10,962 nucleotides of DNA from Candidatus Hadarchaeum sp. GTDB taxonomy: Archaea > Hadarchaeota > Hadarchaeia > Hadarchaeales > Hadarchaeaceae. Shown here one piece after another: positions 7,471 through 10,962 of the stretch (position 1 is its first letter; every line of letters begins with the position of its first letter). Position numbers and translations under genes: made by a program. The DNA lies in assembly GCF_049969415.1 (NCBI RefSeq), contig NZ_JBMFOX010000034.1, positions 1 through 10,962 on the forward strand, given 5' to 3'. Under the pieces are notes generated by a model. That model was given only the letters and a program-made list of their open reading frames with translations. It was not told where the DNA came from and searched no databases.

Positions 7471-8141
7471 CGGGACCAGAGCTCCAAACCAATTTCAATA
7501 ACAGGATTAGTTTCCAGATGCTGAGGTAAGGAAAAGCCAAGCCTGTTCTCAGCGAGGCTAATCAGCTCCTCGTTTGAGATGGGAAGCGAGAGCAGCGATG
7601 TTTCGCGGCACAACTTGGTCCCAGAAGGTGAAAGGTTCTCGATGAGGAGGTTAAAATCGAAGCTGACAATATTGTTTTTTACCGGCGTTGCCTTCACTAC
7701 GAATCTATATCCAAATTTCCTGCCAGCGAGGTTATCAAGTATCGACTTTAGAAGAAAACTTAACTTGTTGTTCATGTCCTCGTTGGACCAAATTGTGGCG
7801 ACAGTTCTGCTCCCGATTTTTAGTTGCAGGTTCAAGAGAACATCTTCTGCCAGCAGCTCTCCCATGGTCTTGTGTCCTAAATTTCTCAAAGCTAGGTAAA
7901 GTGGTGTTTGGCCGCTAATTTCTGGAACTTGAAAACCAGCTTGGTAACTAAATCCTCCGAATTGGTCTGTGGTGCTGTTCAACAGAGCGAGCAGAGCATT
8001 TCTGGTGAAGCTCATGGCATAGATTTTCGTGCTGATTTCGGCGTTGGGCTGAGAAAATGTGAATAAAACGGTAAACGAGAGCGAGACCAAGAGGGCAAAT
8101 ATTAGCAAGTCAATGGTATAGCCAATTCCATGTTTATTCAA
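7467..8141 (-). CDS. Prepilin-like (class III signal peptide) protein
   Basis: A TTG start at 8141 after GGAGGGAG gives MNKHG|IGYTIDLLIFALLVSLSFTVLF, 1 nt after the upstream stop. The track's 8237 start overlaps the previous gene. Confidence 0.75.
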   Translation of the reverse strand: MNKHGIGYTIDLLIFALLVSLSFTVLFTFSQPNAEISTKIYAMSFTRNALLALLNSTTDQFGGFSYQAGFQVPEISGQTPLYLALRNLGHKTMGELLAEDVLLNLQLKIGSRTVATIWSNEDMNNKLSFLLKSILDNLAGRKFGYRFVVKATPVKNNIVSFDFNLLIENLSPSGTKLCRETSLLSLPISNEELISLAENRLGFSLPQHLETNPVIEIGLELWSR

Positions 8142-8142
8142 T

Positions 8143-8580
8143 TTACTCCCTCCAGAGTTGGACTTTGAGTTCGCAGAGGAGCACCGATTCGCTATCGCAG
8201 GCAAGGGCGATTGGAAGGCTAACGCTCGATTCGGCAAAATAATTTCCCGTCTGAGGTTCAGAGAAATTTTCCAGCTTATAAATCAGTTTTCCGGTAAGGG
8301 ACCGTATTTCAACTTGCATGTTCACTCCGCGTAAAAACAAAATTTTTGAAAGGTTTTCCAAGCGTCCCGGCAAAATCTCGATTGTTTCAATTCTCCTGGA
8401 TTCGTCCATAGCGCCATAAATGATGGCTTCCGCGGTGTCCAGCGTTGATCTGAGATCATCCATTTCTTGCATTTCTCGAGAAGTGTTTTGATACCAGTTA
8501 ATCGCCGCAGCCGCCAGCATCAGTAGCAGCACTGTGGCGACGAGGATGGAGAGTAAGTCCTCACCCCCGTTAACGGTCAT
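8143..8580 (-). CDS. Pilin-like protein with a degenerate class III signal peptide
   Basis: ATG 8580 (ATGA overlap) gives MTVNGGEDLLSILVATVLLLMLAAAAI: a single N-terminal hydrophobic helix, then an amphipathic helix and beta strands. Confidence 0.68.
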   Translation of the reverse strand: MTVNGGEDLLSILVATVLLLMLAAAAINWYQNTSREMQEMDDLRSTLDTAEAIIYGAMDESRRIETIEILPGRLENLSKILFLRGVNMQVEIRSLTGKLIYKLENFSEPQTGNYFAESSVSLPIALACDSESVLLCELKVQLWRE

Positions 8581-9002
8581 CCAATCAACTCTAAGTCTAT
8601 CACACCTGTTTGTCGGATGATAATTCCGCGCGGGTTTTGCTTCGAAATGAGGAACCAACCACCGTTGACGACCGAACTTATGATCAGCGAGCGCTCGAGT
8701 TCAATCTTAGATGAGACCCGCACGGATATCAGTTGAAAGCCGTTAATCAGCTCTCCGGCCAGCGAAACCTCAAATGCTCTTGATATTGGGGCAAAATCCT
8801 TGAGGTACTCGATTTCTCCGGGGAGCCCATCTATCCTTTCCAATGACTCGATTATGTTTCTCGCAATCAATTCTAGTTCTTCCTTTTCAGAGGTTCTGTC
8901 GACAAACGAGTTCAGCGAGAGGGCAAGGCCGATGAAGGCGATGGCGGCGAAGGCCACTCCCAGTTTGCTCAGCAGAAAACCAGCAGAGCCATTGTTCTCC
9001 AT
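8577..9002 (-). CDS. Pilin-like protein with a degenerate class III signal peptide
   Basis: MENNG|SAGFLLSKLGVAFAAIAFIGLALSL followed by a long helix. It starts 1 nt after the upstream stop, with a GAGGGT RBS. Confidence 0.68.
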   Translation of the reverse strand: MENNGSAGFLLSKLGVAFAAIAFIGLALSLNSFVDRTSEKEELELIARNIIESLERIDGLPGEIEYLKDFAPISRAFEVSLAGELINGFQLISVRVSSKIELERSLIISSVVNGGWFLISKQNPRGIIIRQTGVIDLELIG

Positions 9003-9003
9003 T

Positions 9004-9408
9004 TCAGATACCCTCGATCTTTATAAAGAAACGGCCATCAACCCCTTGGCAAATCATCAGGAGATAAAAGCCGCTCCTGAGCTCATTTTCGTCAGCTGAT
9101 ATTGGCAGTGGTAGAAGCTCGGTTCTAATGCTATCTCCGCTCAGAAGCTGAACTAAATTTCCCTTAAGGATAATTATACCGTCTCCCAGCTGAAGCTCAA
9201 CTATTTTTGAATTTCCCACCCCGCCAGCGCAGAGGATTTGGGATTGTTCGACGAGTAAATTGAAACTGTTGATTGCCCGCTGGCGGTCGATCATTCTTTG
9301 GGTTCGGTTTATGACATCGATTCCGATAGAAACGGAGCTGACGGCCAGCATGGCCCCAATCATGATAATTACTGGCAGCGATTCTATACCTCGAGTATCC
9401 TTTATCAT
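9004..9408 (-). CDS. Prepilin-like (class III signal peptide) protein
   Basis: MIKDTRG|IESLPVIIMIGAMLAVSSVSIGI, then a long helix and a GGVGNSKIVEL turn and strand. Confidence 0.78.
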   Translation of the reverse strand: MIKDTRGIESLPVIIMIGAMLAVSSVSIGIDVINRTQRMIDRQRAINSFNLLVEQSQILCAGGVGNSKIVELQLGDGIIILKGNLVQLLSGDSIRTELLPLPISADENELRSGFYLLMICQGVDGRFFIKIEGI

Positions 9409-9414
9409 CGGAGT

Positions 9415-9792
9415 TTACCTCACAGCTACTTGCCCCTGCCAGGGGATGTAGCCGTTCCTGGTGACTTGGACCGTGACGAGGACGACTTTGGCACCGTTCA
9501 TTGGTATGGTGAAGGTGTATTGGTTGGTCTCCTTCCCCAGCGTGCGGGCGTCGGTGCCGCCGGGATATTTCAGCACAATCGTCGCACCGCCCAAGGCGCC
9601 ACCGCTGGCGGCATCGTAGACTTTGACCGTGAGCTTCTTTCCCGAGATAGAGAACTGGACGTCCATGTCCTTGAGCACGTTGCGTTCGGCCGTGCCCACA
9701 AATTGCATCATGATGCCCATGGTCATCGCGCCGATCACGAGCGCCATGATCAGCTTGATCGGCACGCCCATCAACTGTCCTTTTTCTTCCAT
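9415..9792 (-). CDS. Prepilin-like protein with a carboxypeptidase-regulatory/transthyretin-like beta-sandwich domain; candidate major pilin
   Basis: MEEKG|QLMGVPIKLIMALVIGAMTMGIMMQFV. The C-terminal domain reads LTVKVYDAASGGALGGATIVL...YTFT...VTRNGY. First gene of the operon. Confidence 0.8.
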   Translation of the reverse strand: MEEKGQLMGVPIKLIMALVIGAMTMGIMMQFVGTAERNVLKDMDVQFSISGKKLTVKVYDAASGGALGGATIVLKYPGGTDARTLGKETNQYTFTIPMNGAKVVLVTVQVTRNGYIPWQGQVAVR

Positions 9793-9824
9793 TTCTTACC
9801 CGCCGATTTCTTGCGGGCAGCTTC

Positions 9825-9834
9825 TTTATATAAA
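9825..9834. promoter_or_regulatory. Palindromic TATA box TTTATATAAA, possibly bidirectional
   Basis: It lies between the divergent starts at 9792 (-) and 9854/9863 (+), at promoter-like spacing from both. Confidence 0.6.
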
Positions 9835-9850
9835 ACAAAATTTTGTTTTA
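9831..9850. repeat. Perfect 20-bp palindrome TAAAACAAAATTTTGTTTTA, candidate operator
   Basis: Read directly: TAAAACAAAA is followed by its exact reverse complement. Confidence 0.8.
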
Positions 9851-9862
9851 GAAATGAGCGCC

Positions 9863-10126
9863 ATGGCAAAAACTTACTATGTCTACATCCTGCGGAGCTT
9901 GAAGGACGACAACTTTTACACGGGACACACGGCCGACCTCAGGAAGCGGTTGGCCCAGCACAACCGGGGCGATGTTCGTTCGACTAAAGCGAGAAGGCCG
10001 CTGGTCCTGATTTACTGGGAGCCGTTCAAAACCCGTGGAGAGGCGATGCGGCGGGAGCGAAAGATAAAGTCGATGTGTCACGAGGCCAAGTTGAAGTTAA
10101 TTGAGGAATTCAGACAACCGGGATAG
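9863..10126 (+). CDS. GIY-YIG nuclease family protein (UPF0213/YhbQ-like)
   Basis: YYVYILRS...FYTGHT.DL.KRL.QHN.G...STK.RRP..L.Y.E...EAMRRERKIK. The start is 9863 or 9854. The track's 9623 start overlaps the pilin gene. Confidence 0.92.
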   Translation: MAKTYYVYILRSLKDDNFYTGHTADLRKRLAQHNRGDVRSTKARRPLVLIYWEPFKTRGEAMRRERKIKSMCHEAKLKLIEEFRQPG

Positions 10127-10137
10127 TTTTTTAATAA
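10127..10137 (+). promoter_or_regulatory. T6 tract immediately after the GIY-YIG stop; terminator and/or TATA box of the next gene
   Basis: TTTTTTAATAA, ending 26 nt before ATG 10164. Confidence 0.4.
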
Positions 10138-10163
10138 CCTTGTTCTAGCTTAAATGGGATAAA

Positions 10164-10661
10164 ATGCGAGATGGGGCCCTGAAGTGGGCGCTGCGGCTGC
10201 TGGGAATAGCTTTGGTGGTAGTCCCCATAATCTTGGCCTTTTCTGCCAACGGCTGGGATTTGAAGAAGGCGTTGCTGCCCAGCGAGCAGGAGCTGAGCCA
10301 AGTTTCGGAGGGGGTCGGTGACATCTTCGGCGGTGGTTTCTCCGAGGAGACAATGTCCATGGGCCAACCCGTAATCAGCGGCAGCAGCGTCAGGGTCCCA
10401 GTGACGTTCAAATCCCCTTTTAAAGTTCCGATCAAGCTCAAGGAGGTGAACCTGACCGTTTCAGGTCAGGGGATGCCACCCATCCAGCTTCAGATGGAGG
10501 AGGAAGAATTGGAAATTCCGGCGAACGGTTCCGTAAACTTCACGCTAGTTGGGACCATCCCCGGTTCACCTCCGAGCAATCCCCAAATAACCGCCGTTAA
10601 CGTTACCTTTGAGATCTATGGAGTGACCATTCAATTTAGCCCGAAAATATCAGGTGGTTAG
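10164..10661 (+). CDS. Membrane-anchored hypothetical protein with a beta-rich (LEA_2/WHy-like) extracytoplasmic domain
   Basis: N-terminal TM segment (LRLLGIALVVVPIILAF). VPVTFKSPFKVPIKLKEVNLTV and EIPANGSVNFTL resemble the LEA_2 strand pattern. Several NxT sequons. Confidence 0.65.
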   Translation: MRDGALKWALRLLGIALVVVPIILAFSANGWDLKKALLPSEQELSQVSEGVGDIFGGGFSEETMSMGQPVISGSSVRVPVTFKSPFKVPIKLKEVNLTVSGQGMPPIQLQMEEEELEIPANGSVNFTLVGTIPGSPPSNPQITAVNVTFEIYGVTIQFSPKISGG

Positions 10662-10663
10662 TT

Positions 10664-10962
10664 ATGACGTCCTGTAGTTCAACAAACAAACACTCCATGA
10701 ACTTCCTTGGCATCGCTGCCGGGGCCCTGATGGTGATCCTACCATTTCTCGGGCCTTGGTGGGTGGCCAGCGTGGGCACCGGGGCTATGGAGATAGCCCT
10801 CTCCCCATTTGACCTGTTGATCTCGGTGTTCGGACAGCCCATTCACTCGCAACTGGTTGACCTCTTTCTGCTGGCGGGGAAGATAACCATGATTCTCGGC
10901 GGTGTCTTCCTAATCTTGGGGTCGCTGTCGGTAACCAGCTGGTGGTCCGCTCGTTTGGTCAG
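10664..10962 (+). CDS. Multi-pass membrane hypothetical protein, runs off the window
   Basis: Not in the ORF track. ATG 10664 after AGGTGGT is open to the window end: MTSCSSTNKHSMNFLGIAAGALMVILPFLGPWWVASVGTGAMEIALSPF...ITMILGGVFLILGSLSVTSWWSARLV. Confidence 0.8.
   Translation, partial: MTSCSSTNKHSMNFLGIAAGALMVILPFLGPWWVASVGTGAMEIALSPFDLLISVFGQPIHSQLVDLFLLAGKITMILGGVFLILGSLSVTSWWSARLV

Noticed and set aside
9797-9819. Hairpin TGCCCGC/GCGGGTA masking the pilin RBS
   Set aside because: The predicted transcription start falls inside the hairpin, so the 5' arm is probably not transcribed. The stem is short.
9623-9862. N-terminal extension of the GIY-YIG ORF in the track
   Set aside because: It is antisense to the pilin gene and crosses the promoter. 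Family similarity begins at MAKTYYVY.
9298-9987. 229-aa His/Asp-rich ORF on the plus strand, and the 213-aa ORF 9197-9838 on the minus strand
   Set aside because: Both are shadow frames of the GC-rich pilin gene. They overlap better-supported genes and have no recognisable motif.
1-10962. tRNA, rRNA, CRISPR array, IS element or integrase; remaining short track ORFs
   Set aside because: I saw no such signatures. The other short ORFs are antisense or alternate frames of the called genes.

Overview
Archaeal genomic DNA, judged from TATA/BRE-like promoters, GGTGA/GGAGG ribosome-binding sites, U-tract terminators and class III signal peptides. There are four blocks. (1) 1-3847, minus strand: a probable nucleobase/purine utilisation locus encoding a BMP-family binding protein, an SsnA-like amidohydrolase, a PreA/dihydroorotate-dehydrogenase-like FMN + 2x[4Fe-4S] enzyme and a truncated DmsB/CooF-type Fe-S protein. 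The flavoenzyme lacks the catalytic Cys loop and apparently starts at ACG. (2) 4024-6277, plus strand: a universal stress protein, an ArsB/NhaD-family permease and a small hypothetical protein. (3) 6295-9792, minus strand: a complete, tightly coupled six-gene operon of type IV prepilin-like proteins with no ATPase, platform or peptidase gene. (4) 9863-10962, plus strand: a GIY-YIG nuclease and two membrane-protein genes. Notable non-coding signals are a perfect 20-bp palindrome overlapping a palindromic TATA box, and a 24-bp motif shared by the two promoters of block 1. All family calls come from motif recognition by eye, not database searches.
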